Counted from the stretch's first letter, positions 17,026-26,351 are shown. The stretch: DNA of 64,000 bases from an uncultured Planctomycetales bacterium (GCA_964579435.1 CAZOGI010000003.1:47321-111320), one strand, 5' to 3'. Notes: generated by a model from the sequence alone, not told the origin. Numbers and translations: made by a program.

Positions 17026-18789
17026 ATGGCGTTCGAAGGCCGTATCCCTGAGCAGGTCCTGGAGGATATCCTCAGCCGGATAGATATCGTCGAGGTCATC
17101 TCCGCGCATTTTCCTCTTAAACGGGCGGGACGGAATTTCAAGGCGAATTGTCCGTTCCATCAGGAAAAGACCCCGTCCTTCATGGTCTCAGCCGATAAGC
17201 AGATTTACCACTGTTTCGGTTGCGGGGAATCGGGGAATGCCTTTAAGTTCCTCATGCGTTACGAGCGCCTGGAATTCCTGGAGGCGGTGGAAACCCTGGC
17301 GAAAAAAGCCGGAGTGGTCTTGCCGCAACGTTCTTCTTCCGGCCAGGCCCAGGAAGGGATCCGTTCTCAGGTCCTTGCCGCCAACGCCCTGGCGGTCGAG
17401 TATTACGAAAAGATGCTGCGTGACCCCGCCGCGGCAGAGGCGCGCCGTTACCTCCAGAAACGCGGTCTCACCGAAACGGCGGCAAAAAGATGCCGCATGG
17501 GTTTCGCCCCGTCGCGCTGGGACGGGTTGATAGAGGCATTGCGGCAGCAGAAGGTCAGCCTGGATCTGATGGAGCGCGCCGGCCTGGTTCTGCCGAAGGA
17601 GCGCGGCGGCTATTATGACCGGTTCCGCAACAGGATCATTTTCCCGATCTTCGACGTCAAAGACCGGCCGGTCGGTTTCGGGGCGCGCGCCCTGGGAGAG
17701 GAGCAGCCCAAATACCTCAATTCTCCCGAGACGCCGCTCTACACCAAAGGCAACCATCTCTACGGTTTGCATCTTTCCAAGGATGCCATCCGCCAGCAGG
17801 ACACGGCGGTTATCGTCGAGGGATATCTTGATTTTCTGACTCCTTTCTGCGCCGGCGTCGAGAATATCGCCGCGTCGCTGGGCACGGCATTGACGGCCGA
17901 ACAGGCGCGGCTGCTGAAACGCTTTGCCCGCACCGTCGTCGTCCTGTATGATGCCGACGACGCCGGGCAAATGGCTTCGGTACGCTCGCTGGACGTGCTG
18001 ATCGAGGAGGACCTGCAGGTGTCGGTGGTCTCTCTGCCCTCCGGGCATGATCCCGATTCGTTCGTCCGCGGCCATGGTGCCGCCGAGCTGAAGGCGCGTA
18101 TCGCGCGCGCGCTTTCCTTTTTCGATTTCAAACTGGCGTTCCTGCGCAAGAAATTCGACGCCCGCACCGTTGAAGGGCGCTCCGGTATTGCTTCGGAGAT
18201 GATCGGTTCGATCAACAAGTTCAAGAGTCCGATCGTCCGTTCCGAATACCTGCGTAAGCTCGCCGGGGTGTTGGACCTGCGGGAGGATGCCCTGATGCAG
18301 GAAGCGGCGCGGGGCAAGGCGGTCTCCGGCAAGGTTACGGGCCAGACCATCAAGCGTCCCGCATCGAGCCCGATGCATCCGTCCGAGAGGCTGCTGGTCA
18401 AGATGATGATCGAAGAGGCGGAGTTTATCTCCCGCATCCGCGAGGTGCTGGAACCTGCCGATTTCCTGGACGAGCGTCTGGCGCGCATGGTGGCGCTCAT
18501 CTACGAACTTTCGCAACAGGGGCAAGAGGTGCATCCCCGCCGTCTCATGCAGCAGGTGGAGGATGAGGAGACGGTGCGTTTTATCTGCGAATCGGCTTTT
18601 CCCGTCGAGGATAGTTTCGAGAAGAAACAGAAGATCGTTGACGGTTGTATCCAACAGCTGCAGAAACGGCGCCTGCAGGAACGCAGGCTTCGGCTGCACG
18701 AGCAGATCCAGCAGGCGCAGCAGTCCGGAGACGCCGAGCGGCTGCGCAGGCTCGCTGAAGAGTTCAATGCGTTGATAAAGAAAGGCTAG
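17026..18789 (+). CDS. dnaG: DNA primase DnaG
   Basis: Zinc-ribbon CPFHQEKTPSF...YHCFGCGESG, TOPRIM EGYLD...DADDAG; upstream of rpoD (conserved dnaG-rpoD order). Confidence 0.9.
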   Translation: MAFEGRIPEQVLEDILSRIDIVEVISAHFPLKRAGRNFKANCPFHQEKTPSFMVSADKQIYHCFGCGESGNAFKFLMRYERLEFLEAVETLAKKAGVVLPQRSSSGQAQEGIRSQVLAANALAVEYYEKMLRDPAAAEARRYLQKRGLTETAAKRCRMGFAPSRWDGLIEALRQQKVSLDLMERAGLVLPKERGGYYDRFRNRIIFPIFDVKDRPVGFGARALGEEQPKYLNSPETPLYTKGNHLYGLHLSKDAIRQQDTAVIVEGYLDFLTPFCAGVENIAASLGTALTAEQARLLKRFARTVVVLYDADDAGQMASVRSLDVLIEEDLQVSVVSLPSGHDPDSFVRGHGAAELKARIARALSFFDFKLAFLRKKFDARTVEGRSGIASEMIGSINKFKSPIVRSEYLRKLAGVLDLREDALMQEAARGKAVSGKVTGQTIKRPASSPMHPSERLLVKMMIEEAEFISRIREVLEPADFLDERLARMVALIYELSQQGQEVHPRRLMQQVEDEETVRFICESAFPVEDSFEKKQKIVDGCIQQLQKRRLQERRLRLHEQIQQAQQSGDAERLRRLAEEFNALIKKG

Positions 18790-18798
18790 GGGGCGGCG

Positions 18799-20328
18799 AT
18801 GGCACGAAAAGAATTGAACAAGAAAGACGTCGAGAAGATCATAGCGTTGGGCCGGCAGAAAGGCTACGTCACCTATGACGAGGTCAATGATCTCCTGCCG
18901 ATCGACGTCGCTTCATCCGAGGAGATCGACCAGATATTCGACCTCCTGGTTGACGAGGACATCCGGGTGGTAGAGACGGACAAACAGCGCCCCGTCGAAA
19001 AGGCTTCAGCCGAGGAGAAGGAAGATCTCGCCGGCGAACAGGCGAAGGCCGAAGAGCGTTTTCTGCCTCTGGACGATCCGGTGAAGATGTACCTGAAGCA
19101 AATGGGTTCGATCTCCCTGCTTTCGCGCGAGAGCGAGATAGAGCTGGCAAAGAAGATCGAAGAGGCGGAAGAGAAGTTTAAAGGCGTCGTCCTGGCGACG
19201 CGTTTCGCGCGCAACGAGGCGGTGGTTGTTCTCAATGCGATCCTGCAGGACTCGCTGAATCCCGAAGAGGTGTTCAAGGAGGATTTCAAGGCCAAGAAAA
19301 GCGGTTTTACCGGCCGCATGAAGCGCTCGATTGAGCGTTTGCGTTCTTCCCGCAGCGACGCGCGGGCCCTGGATCTGTTGCTGCAGCTGAATTTCACCAC
19401 ATCCGTCGTCGAAGATATCGTGCGCAAGATGGCTCCCCAGGTCAAGGCGCTGGATCTCCTGCAGCGCAGCGCCTCGCGCAGCGCCGTGACGCGTAAACGC
19501 CAGCTCGTGCGCACCCTCGGCGGATCCCTGAACCAGCTCAAGGACCAGTTGAAGCTGATCCGCGGCGCGCACATGAAGTTCAACCGCACGAAGAAGCGGC
19601 TCGTCGAGGCGAATCTGCGTTTGGTGGTGAGCATTGCCAAAAAGTACACCAACCGCGGACTTTCGTTCCTGGACCTCATCCAGGAGGGGAATATCGGCCT
19701 TATGCGCGCCGTCGAGAAATTCGAATACAAACGCGGCTACAAGTTTTCCACCTACGCGACCTGGTGGATCCGGCAGGCGATCACGCGTTCGATCGCAGAC
19801 CAGGCGCGCACGATCCGCATTCCGGTGCACATGACCGAGACCATCAATAAGATCATCCGCTACTCCCGTATTTTCGTGCAGGAGAACGGGCGCGAGCCGG
19901 TGCCCGAGGAGATCGCGCGCAAGATGCGCCTGCCGCAGGACAAGGTCAAATCGATCCTGAAGATCGCCCAGGAGCCGATCTCGCTTCAGATGCCGATCGG
20001 CGACGAAGGCGACACGCACTTCGGCGATTTCATCCAGGACAAGAAGGCGATCTCGCCCGCTAACGCCACCGTTCATTCGATGTTGAAAGAAGAGATGAAT
20101 GCGGCGCTGGAGACCCTGACGGAGCGGGAGCGTAAGATCCTGGTTCTGCGTTTCGGCATAAACGACGGTTGCCCCCGGACCCTCGAAGAGGTCGGCAACG
20201 TATTCCGGGTGACCCGGGAACGCGTCCGTCAGATCGAGGCAAAGGCGCTCAAGAAGCTGCGCCATCCGACCCGCTCGCGCAGGCTGCGCACGTTCCTGGA
20301 TATGTCCATAGTCCATCAGAGAGAGTAG
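18799..20328 (+). CDS. rpoD: RNA polymerase primary sigma factor RpoD (sigma-70)
   Basis: Region 2 [28 protein letters not shown] and region 4 [26 protein letters not shown]. Confidence 0.95.
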   Translation: MARKELNKKDVEKIIALGRQKGYVTYDEVNDLLPIDVASSEEIDQIFDLLVDEDIRVVETDKQRPVEKASAEEKEDLAGEQAKAEERFLPLDDPVKMYLKQMGSISLLSRESEIELAKKIEEAEEKFKGVVLATRFARNEAVVVLNAILQDSLNPEEVFKEDFKAKKSGFTGRMKRSIERLRSSRSDARALDLLLQLNFTTSVVEDIVRKMAPQVKALDLLQRSASRSAVTRKRQLVRTLGGSLNQLKDQLKLIRGAHMKFNRTKKRLVEANLRLVVSIAKKYTNRGLSFLDLIQEGNIGLMRAVEKFEYKRGYKFSTYATWWIRQAITRSIADQARTIRIPVHMTETINKIIRYSRIFVQENGREPVPEEIARKMRLPQDKVKSILKIAQEPISLQMPIGDEGDTHFGDFIQDKKAISPANATVHSMLKEEMNAALETLTERERKILVLRFGINDGCPRTLEEVGNVFRVTRERVRQIEAKALKKLRHPTRSRRLRTFLDMSIVHQRE

Positions 20329-20330
20329 CC

Positions 20331-21428
20331 GTGCCGCAGGGGCGCTTGAACCGGTGGCGTTGGGTCGCCGCGCAGCTGCTCGTCGCCCTGGCGCTGCTCG
20401 CCGGGCTGGAGTTGGCGGCTCGCCTGGTGATACATCTGCGCCACGGGGTCCCGGGTAAGTCTTACGGCATTTACAACGCCGACCGGGAGCTGGGTGCGGT
20501 CCACCGTCCCAATTCGTACAATACCAATAGCGTCATAAATAATTGGGGTTTCCGCAACCCCAATGACATCTCCGCTGAAAAGCCTGCGGGGGCGCTGCGG
20601 GTATACTGTTCCGGGGGCTCAACGACATTCTGCTATAACCTGCGCACCGAGGAGGCCTGGCCCGTCCTCTTGCAGACGAAACTGCGGGAGTTGAGCGGCC
20701 ATTCGCGGGACGAGGTGCTCAATGCCGGGGAGATCTGTTTTGCGGTCTCGCAGGAATTGGTCCTGGCGCGTCGTTTCATCCTTAAGCTTAAGCCCGACGT
20801 GGTGATCCTGTACGGAACGGGAGTGAATGAAATCCTTTCCGCCGGGTTGCTCTGGCAGGAAGGCCACGATTTCGATGAGCTCCTGGCGAAGGGCAGGTGG
20901 GGCATATGCCCGCGTAACCTCGACCAGGCCCGGTTCCTGAAGCGCAACAGCACCCTGGTACGTCTCTACGATTATTATTTCAAGAAGTGGTTCCTCCAGG
21001 CACGCGCCCGGCATATTCGGGAGCAGCCGCAGGCGCCGTCCGATCCGCATCCGTGGGTAGAGGAAAATTTCCGCCGCATACTGACTGAATATATCCGGTT
21101 CCTGCGGGAGAACGGTTGTCAGGTCATTATGGTGCGGTTCCCTGATAACGGGGAGGACAGCTGGCACATGCGTTATGTGCGCCGACTGAGGGAAGAAGCG
21201 GTGTCGATCGCCCGTGACCAGGGAGCGTCGGTGTGCGACATAGCCGCCGATTTCGAGAACTTCCCCGCAGAGAGGCGCCGCGGGCTTTTCATCGAGACCG
21301 GATTGCACGTGACGCGCGAAGGCGCAAGGATAGTTGCCGAAGCGCTCCGGTCGTTCCTGCAAAAGCAACCGTCTTTTGACCGGGCTCAAACACATACATC
21401 GGGTTCACTTCATGGAGAGGGGATATGA
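20331..21428 (+). CDS. Membrane-anchored SGNH/GDSL-like hydrolase family protein
   Basis: GTG start after the rpoD stop; N-terminal TM; block I YCSGGSTTF, block V-like TGLHVTREGARIVAEAL. Confidence 0.45.
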   Translation: MPQGRLNRWRWVAAQLLVALALLAGLELAARLVIHLRHGVPGKSYGIYNADRELGAVHRPNSYNTNSVINNWGFRNPNDISAEKPAGALRVYCSGGSTTFCYNLRTEEAWPVLLQTKLRELSGHSRDEVLNAGEICFAVSQELVLARRFILKLKPDVVILYGTGVNEILSAGLLWQEGHDFDELLAKGRWGICPRNLDQARFLKRNSTLVRLYDYYFKKWFLQARARHIREQPQAPSDPHPWVEENFRRILTEYIRFLRENGCQVIMVRFPDNGEDSWHMRYVRRLREEAVSIARDQGASVCDIAADFENFPAERRRGLFIETGLHVTREGARIVAEALRSFLQKQPSFDRAQTHTSGSLHGEGI

Positions 21429-21583
21429 TACGCAGACTCGTGCTCTTCGCGCTTCTGGCCCTCGCCGCTGTCTGGTTTTACCGCACCTTTATGGCCGAAA
21501 CAATGGGAGGGTTTTTCGGCCAGCATAGCGGCAAGGTTGATTTTCTGCAGAAGAACGTAGGCGACTACGACATAAAACAGTAA
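21425..21583 (+). CDS. Small (52 aa) membrane protein, hypothetical
   Basis: ATGA overlap with the upstream gene stop; MIRRLVLFALLALAAVWFYR TM helix; not in the ORF track because it is under 60 aa. Confidence 0.3.
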   Translation: MIRRLVLFALLALAAVWFYRTFMAETMGGFFGQHSGKVDFLQKNVGDYDIKQ

Positions 21584-21751
21584 CGTGCGTTTCCGCGGGC
21601 GCCCTGCCGGATACGTTTTAAGCTTTTTAAGGCAAAAAGCTTAAAAACCTCCTTTACAATAGGTTAATAATCTGTTATATTTTAAAATTCAGGTCCCTGT
21701 TTTTTATGGGAAGGGCCCTGTGCAGGCTATTCGGATCGTTATGCAATTTAA

Positions 21752-21825
21752 GGGCCCATAGCTCAGTCGGTCAGAGCAGGTGACTCATAATCACTTGGTC
21801 GGAGGTTCGAATCCCCCTGGGCCCA
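21752..21825 (+). tRNA. tRNA with CAU anticodon (elongator Met or Ile2/lysidine type); 74 nt, no encoded CCA
   Basis: Cloverleaf: acceptor GGGCCCA/TGGGCCC, D arm GCTC..GAGC, anticodon loop CTCATAA, T loop TTCGAAT; G1-C72 paired, so not initiator-type. Confidence 0.8.
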
Positions 21826-21866
21826 TGCTCAAATAAGGGTTCGGATTGGAGAGAGGGTGGGGATTT

Positions 21867-22110
21867 GTTCGCCCCGTTTCGTCGTGATTAAGAGGGAATA
21901 AACACCTCAATGACTCACGGGACCTCACTAAATAGAAGCTGTAGATGTTCGTCCCGTTTCGTCGTGATTAAGAGGGAATAAACACCTCAATGACTCACGG
22001 GACCTCACTAAATAGAAGCTGTAGATGTTCGTCCCGTTTCGTCGTGATTAAGAGGGAATAAACACCTCAATGACTCACGGGACCTCACTAAATAAAAACT
22101 GTAGGTGTTC
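21867..22110 (+). repeat. Three nearly identical 80-bp direct tandem repeats (21867-21946, 21947-22026, 22027-22106) plus a 4-nt GTTC start of a fourth copy, filling the spacer between two tRNA genes
   Basis: Unit GTTCG[C/T]CCCGTTTCGTCGTGATTAAGAGGGAATAAACACCTCAATGACTCACGGGACCTCACTAAATAGAAGCTGTAGAT; copies 1 and 2 differ by 1 nt, copy 3 diverges only in its last ~15 nt. Confidence 0.85.
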
Positions 22111-22187
22111 GGGCATTTAGCTCAGCTGGTTAGAGCGCGTGCCTCACATGCACGAGGTCAGAGGTTCAAGTCCTCTAATGCCCACCA
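22111..22187 (+). tRNA. tRNA-Val (anticodon CAC), 77 nt with encoded CCA
   Basis: Acceptor GGGCATT/AATGCCC, anticodon stem CGTGC/GCACG, loop CTCACAT, T loop TTCAAGT, 3' ACCA followed by a T-run. Confidence 0.85.
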
Positions 22188-22222
22188 TTTTTTGACACTA
22201 CCCTACAAGGGGAGGCCGTTTC

Positions 22223-22954
22223 GTGACTGAACGCAGCCTGAAAGAACAACTGAGGCAACTCTGCGAGCTGCAGAAGATCGATAGCCGGGCATACGCCCTG
22301 CGCAACGAGAAAGACGCTCTTCCCGCCAAGATCAAGGCGATCGAAGCCGCTTTCGAAGAAAAAAAACGGCACCTCGCCGAACTGGAGAAGGCGTCTTTGG
22401 ATGTCCAGAAACAGCGTAAAGACCGGGAGTTGGAACTGGCCGCCAACGAGGAGAGCCGTAAAAAACTGCAGACCCAGCTCTACGCCCTCAAGACGAACAA
22501 GGAATACCAGACGATGCTGCAGCAGATTGCCGACACCAAGGCCGATGCCTCGGTCATCGAGGATAAGATCCTTGTTCTCTTCGATGATGCCGACCGGGTC
22601 CGTAAAGAGCTCGAGCAGGAGAAATCGCGTCTGCAGGGGGAAGAGAAGCTGATGAGCGAGGATACGGGCAAGATCCTCTCCCGCGAAAAAGAGATCTCCG
22701 GCCAGCTCGCCGAACTCGACGCGCAGCGTCAGCGGATGCTCCCGGATATAGACAAAAAACTCTTCTCCCGGTACGAGCGCATCTTGAGCAGCCGCGACGG
22801 GCTGGCGATCGTCGGGGTTCAGAACAATTCCTGCATGGGCTGCAACATGTTCGTCCCGCCCCAGGTGATCAATCTTATACGGGGATACGAGAGTCCCGTT
22901 ACCTGCGAAGTCTGCAACCGCATCCTGTTCATTGATGACGAGCCAGCCGCTTGA
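22223..22954 (+). CDS. Coiled-coil / C4 zinc-ribbon protein (COG1579-like)
   Basis: Long coiled-coil followed by CMGCN...CEVCNRIL zinc ribbon; GTG start with GGGGAGG RBS. Confidence 0.6.
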   Translation: MTERSLKEQLRQLCELQKIDSRAYALRNEKDALPAKIKAIEAAFEEKKRHLAELEKASLDVQKQRKDRELELAANEESRKKLQTQLYALKTNKEYQTMLQQIADTKADASVIEDKILVLFDDADRVRKELEQEKSRLQGEEKLMSEDTGKILSREKEISGQLAELDAQRQRMLPDIDKKLFSRYERILSSRDGLAIVGVQNNSCMGCNMFVPPQVINLIRGYESPVTCEVCNRILFIDDEPAA

Positions 22955-23435
22955 GTTTTTTATCGACGGCGCTTCCAAGGGCAATCCCGGGCACGCGGGT
23001 ATCGGGGTCGTCGTGACGCGCGGCAAGGAGACGATCCGCACCATCTCCGAATATATCGGCGAAGCGACCAATAATACCGCCGAGTACCGCGCGCTGCTGC
23101 GGGCGTTGCGCGAAGCGGTTGGCCTGCGCGCTTCGAGCGTGCGGATCTTTTCCGATAGCGAGCTTTTGTGCCGACAGGTGAACGGACAGTACCGGGTGAA
23201 AGATCCGCATCTGCGGTTGCTCTTTCAGGAAGCGACGCAGCTGCTTTCCCGTTTCGCGCTCATTTCGGTAGAGCATATCAGGCGCGAGGAGAACAGCGGC
23301 GCCGACCGGCTCGCCACGCTGGCGGTGAAAGAGCATTTGAAGACAACTCATCAGTCCGGTTTCGGCAGACAGCGAGTGGCCGCTCCGCTTACCAAAAGCG
23401 GAGAGGAAAGTCCGGGCTCCGGAGGGCAAGCGTAG
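22932..23435 (+). CDS. RNase H (type 1, RVT_3-like) family protein; the 3' ~70 nt of the ORF run into rnpB, so the true stop or functional end may be earlier
   Basis: FIDGASKGNPGHAGIGVVV...TNNTAEYRALLRAL...DSELLCRQ...NSGADRLA are RNase HI catalytic blocks (DEDD). Confidence 0.6.
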   Translation: MMTSQPLEFFIDGASKGNPGHAGIGVVVTRGKETIRTISEYIGEATNNTAEYRALLRALREAVGLRASSVRIFSDSELLCRQVNGQYRVKDPHLRLLFQEATQLLSRFALISVEHIRREENSGADRLATLAVKEHLKTTHQSGFGRQRVAAPLTKSGEESPGSGGQA

Positions 23436-23722
23436 CGGGTAACTCCCGTCCTGCGGTACCTGCCGCAGCGGATAGCTTTTGCCTCATACGCAGAAGCCAC
23501 AAACGCGTGATCGTTTCGTTTGTGAGAGCCACAGAGACGAGTCCCCGCCAACGGCGGGGGGTGAAACGCGGCAATCTCTACGCGGAGCAAGGCCAAATAG
23601 GAGACGAGGGCGCCCTCCCCGTCATTTAGTCTCGGGTTGGCTGCTTGATCCCGGCGGCAACGCCGGGGCTCAGAGGAATGGCCACGTAGGTAAAACAGGA
23701 CCCGGCTTATGCTGTCTGCCGT
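23362..23722 (+). ncRNA. rnpB: RNase P RNA (rnpB), bacterial type A
   Basis: Universal blocks GAGGAAAGTCCGGGCTCC (P4 5' strand), GGTAACTCCCG, AGCAAGGCCAAATAGG, ACAGGACCCGGCTTA (P4 3' strand); P1 pairing GGCAGACAGC / GCTGTCTGCC; T-rich tail. Confidence 0.85.
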
Positions 23723-23767
23723 TTTATTTAGACGATAAAACACCTAAGGACGTAAAGGAGGAGTCAG

Positions 23768-24523
23768 ATGTCGGGACATTCGAAATGGAAGACGAATAAA
23801 TCAAAAAAGATGGCTGCCGACGCCAAAAAGGGCGCAGCCTATACCAAGGTCATCAAGGAGATTACGGTCGCCGCGCGCGAAGGCGGCGGCAATCCGGATA
23901 CCAATCCCCGCCTGCGTACCGCCATCGCGCGGGCCAAGGAAGCGAACATGCCCAACGATAACGTCAAGATGGCCGTCAAACGGGGCACGGGAGAATTGCC
24001 GGGTATCGTGTACGAGACCGTGATGTACGAAGCCTACGGCCCGGGCGGCGTCGCCCTTCTGGTGGAGGCGCTGACGGACAACAAGAACCGTACGACCGCC
24101 GAGGTGCGCAATATCATGTCCAAAAAAGGCGGCAATATGGCCGGGGCGGGGTCGGTGGCGTGGATCTTCAACAAAAAGGGTTATATCCTGGTAGAGAAAA
24201 ATTCGGCGAATGAGGAAGAGCTCATGGGCATAGCCCTGGAGGCGGGGGCGGAGGATTTCAAGTCCGACGAAAAGAATTTCGAGATCACGACCGCTGTCCA
24301 GGAGTTCGAGAAGGTCAAACAGGCGCTTGAGGCAAAAGGGATCAAGATGGCGGATGCGGAGTTGACCATGGTTCCGTCATCGACCGTCAAGGTCACCGGA
24401 TCGGACGCAAAGCAGATCCTCGGTCTCGTCGACGGCCTCGAAGAGCACGACGACGTCCAGCAGGTCTACGCGAATTTCGACATCCCCGACGAGATCCTTG
24501 AGCAGATGGCCGACGCTTCCTGA
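23768..24523 (+). CDS. YebC/PmpR-family DNA-binding transcriptional regulatory protein
   Basis: MSGHSKWKT...N-terminus is diagnostic of the YebC family; 251 aa. Confidence 0.9.
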   Translation: MSGHSKWKTNKSKKMAADAKKGAAYTKVIKEITVAAREGGGNPDTNPRLRTAIARAKEANMPNDNVKMAVKRGTGELPGIVYETVMYEAYGPGGVALLVEALTDNKNRTTAEVRNIMSKKGGNMAGAGSVAWIFNKKGYILVEKNSANEEELMGIALEAGAEDFKSDEKNFEITTAVQEFEKVKQALEAKGIKMADAELTMVPSSTVKVTGSDAKQILGLVDGLEEHDDVQQVYANFDIPDEILEQMADAS

Positions 24524-24529
24524 TGACGC

Positions 24530-25033
24530 ATGCGCATTATCGGCATCGACCCAGCTTTGACGGTTACCGGGTACGGGCTCATCGATTGCGAGGGGTGTGC
24601 CTATCGACTCGTTGAGGCGGGGATCATCAAGACCGACGAGCGCCAAGCGACCCCTGAGCGGCTGCGACGCATTCATGAGGGCGTCGTGGGGATCCTGCGC
24701 GAATTCCGTCCGCAGGTGATGGTCCTGGAAAAGCTCTATGCGCACTATCGCCACCCGGTCACCTCATTCCTCCTCGGTCAGGCGCGCGGGGTCATCTGTC
24801 TGGCCTGTGCAGAGGAAAAGGTTTCTTTTTTCGAATACCCGGCTACCCGGGTGAAGAAGGCGCTGGTCGGCAAGGGGCTGGCCGCGAAGTACCAGGTCCA
24901 GCGCATGGTCGTCGGGCTTCTGGGGTTGCGTATGGTGCCTGCCTATGCGGATGTAACCGATGCGCTCGCGTTGGCGATCGCCCACAGCCATATGGGCGCG
25001 ACGGACGCCAGGGGCGCGGACAGGATAAAATGA
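24530..25033 (+). CDS. ruvC: Holliday junction resolvase RuvC
   Basis: MRIIGIDPALTVTGYGLID catalytic N-terminus; followed by ruvA. Confidence 0.9.
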   Translation: MRIIGIDPALTVTGYGLIDCEGCAYRLVEAGIIKTDERQATPERLRRIHEGVVGILREFRPQVMVLEKLYAHYRHPVTSFLLGQARGVICLACAEEKVSFFEYPATRVKKALVGKGLAAKYQVQRMVVGLLGLRMVPAYADVTDALALAIAHSHMGATDARGADRIK

Positions 25034-25656
25034 TTGCGCGCATTCGCGGGAGGATCCTGGAGCGGTCTTCCCAGCGGCTGGTCATTGATTCCGGGGGGAT
25101 CGCCTATGAGGTCTTCATTCCGGCGACGGTGATGCGCCACTTCCAGGTGCAGGAGCCTGCCGACGGGACGGTAGAGCTCTACACCTACCACTATTACCAT
25201 GTCGAGCCTTCCCGCAGCGTCCCGGTACTGATCGGTTTTTTGAACGAGGTCGAAAAGGATTTTTTCCTGACGTTCATCACCGTTTCCGGGATCGGGCCCC
25301 GCGCGGCCCTGCGCGCGATGGACCAGCCGATTTCCCTCATTGCCCGGGCCATTGACGAAGGGGATGTCGCGTTCCTGAAATCCCTGCCCGGGATCGGCCA
25401 GCAGCGGGCACGCGAGATCGTCGCGAAGCTGCAGAGCAAGATCGGGAAGTTCGGGTTGGTGCAGGACGGCCACCGCCGCGCTCCGGAGCCGGCGCTGAGC
25501 GATGCCGCAGAGGAGGCTTTGGCGGTGCTGCTGCAACTGGAGTATAAAAAGCCGGAAGCGGTCGAGATGATCAAGAAGGCGCTGCAGCGCAGCGGCGGGC
25601 TGCATTCTGCCGAAGAGATCCTCAACGAGGTGTACCGGCAGAAGAAGGGCGATTAG
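25030..25656 (+). CDS. ruvA: Holliday junction branch-migration protein RuvA
   Basis: MIARIRG...VIDSGGIAYEVFIP OB fold, HhH motifs LPGIG; overlaps the ruvC stop. Confidence 0.9.
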   Translation: MIARIRGRILERSSQRLVIDSGGIAYEVFIPATVMRHFQVQEPADGTVELYTYHYYHVEPSRSVPVLIGFLNEVEKDFFLTFITVSGIGPRAALRAMDQPISLIARAIDEGDVAFLKSLPGIGQQRAREIVAKLQSKIGKFGLVQDGHRRAPEPALSDAAEEALAVLLQLEYKKPEAVEMIKKALQRSGGLHSAEEILNEVYRQKKGD

Positions 25657-25676
25657 AAAGGCACGCACGAAAGACT

Positions 25677-26351
25677 ATGGAACAAGAAACCGTTCTGTCA
25701 GTCATCGAAGCGCTGTTGTTCGTCAGTGAAAGGCCTTTGAGCCTGGAACAGATCCGCACGGCACTGCCGGAGCTCTCCACCAGCGATATCCGCGCGCACC
25801 TGGAGCGCATGCGCGCCGATTTCGAAGCGCAGCAAAAAGGGGTGCGGATCATCGAGATCGCCGGGGGCTTTCAGCTCGTCACGGCGCCGCAGATGAGCGC
25901 GTTCCTTAAAAAATTTTTCAAGCAAAAACGCACCGAGCGGCTCTCGCGGCCGGCGTTGGAGACTTTGGCGATCATCGCGTATAAACAGCCGGTTACGCGT
26001 TTGGAGATCGAATCTTTGCGCAATGTCAACGTCGACGGTATCATGCTGACGCTGACCGAAAAGGGGCTCGTGCGCGTCGTCGGAGAGCGCAAGGCCCCGG
26101 GCAGGCCCAAGGTGTACGGTACCACGAAGCAGTTCCTGGAATATTTCGGGCTGAAGTCTCTCGAAGATTTGCCCAAGATCGAAGATTTCGCGCGTTTGCA
26201 GGCGGTCGAGGCGGAGGGGATCGTTCCTCTGTCTGAGGAGCCGCAGCCCGATTCCGGCGCCCCGGCTGAGGCAGCAGGGCAGGAACCGCAGAATGAGACG
26301 GCGCTCGCCGAGCCGTCCGGACAAGAGGTGCCTCATGACCCTCAGGGATAA
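25677..26351 (+). CDS. scpB: Segregation and condensation protein B (ScpB)
   Basis: Winged-helix repeats VIEALLFVS..PLSLEQI and ETLAIIAYKQPVTRLEIE; acidic C-terminal tail. Confidence 0.85.
   Translation: MEQETVLSVIEALLFVSERPLSLEQIRTALPELSTSDIRAHLERMRADFEAQQKGVRIIEIAGGFQLVTAPQMSAFLKKFFKQKRTERLSRPALETLAIIAYKQPVTRLEIESLRNVNVDGIMLTLTEKGLVRVVGERKAPGRPKVYGTTKQFLEYFGLKSLEDLPKIEDFARLQAVEAEGIVPLSEEPQPDSGAPAEAAGQEPQNETALAEPSGQEVPHDPQG

Noticed and set aside
17188-20316. Minus-strand ORFs 17188..18699, 17760..18500, 18873..19730 and 19006..20316 opposite dnaG and rpoD
   Set aside because: dnaG and rpoD are unambiguous; the antisense ORFs are spurious.
21584-21751. AT-rich spacer with the palindrome TAAGCTTTTTAAGGCAAAAAGCTTA (21619-21643) upstream of the first tRNA
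   Set aside because: It was considered as a terminator or a mobile-element end. It lacks a following T-run and has no partner repeat or integrase nearby. It is most simply the tRNA promoter/UP-element region (TTATAT -10-like box at 21675), so it is not reported as a feature.
21867-22110. Considered whether the 80-bp repeats form a CRISPR array or a tandem tRNA array
   Set aside because: There are no short conserved repeats separated by unique spacers: the whole 80-bp unit is repeated almost identically, and no cas genes are nearby. The units also lack a cloverleaf: no acceptor/T-arm complementarity and no TTCGA-type T-loop in the right context.
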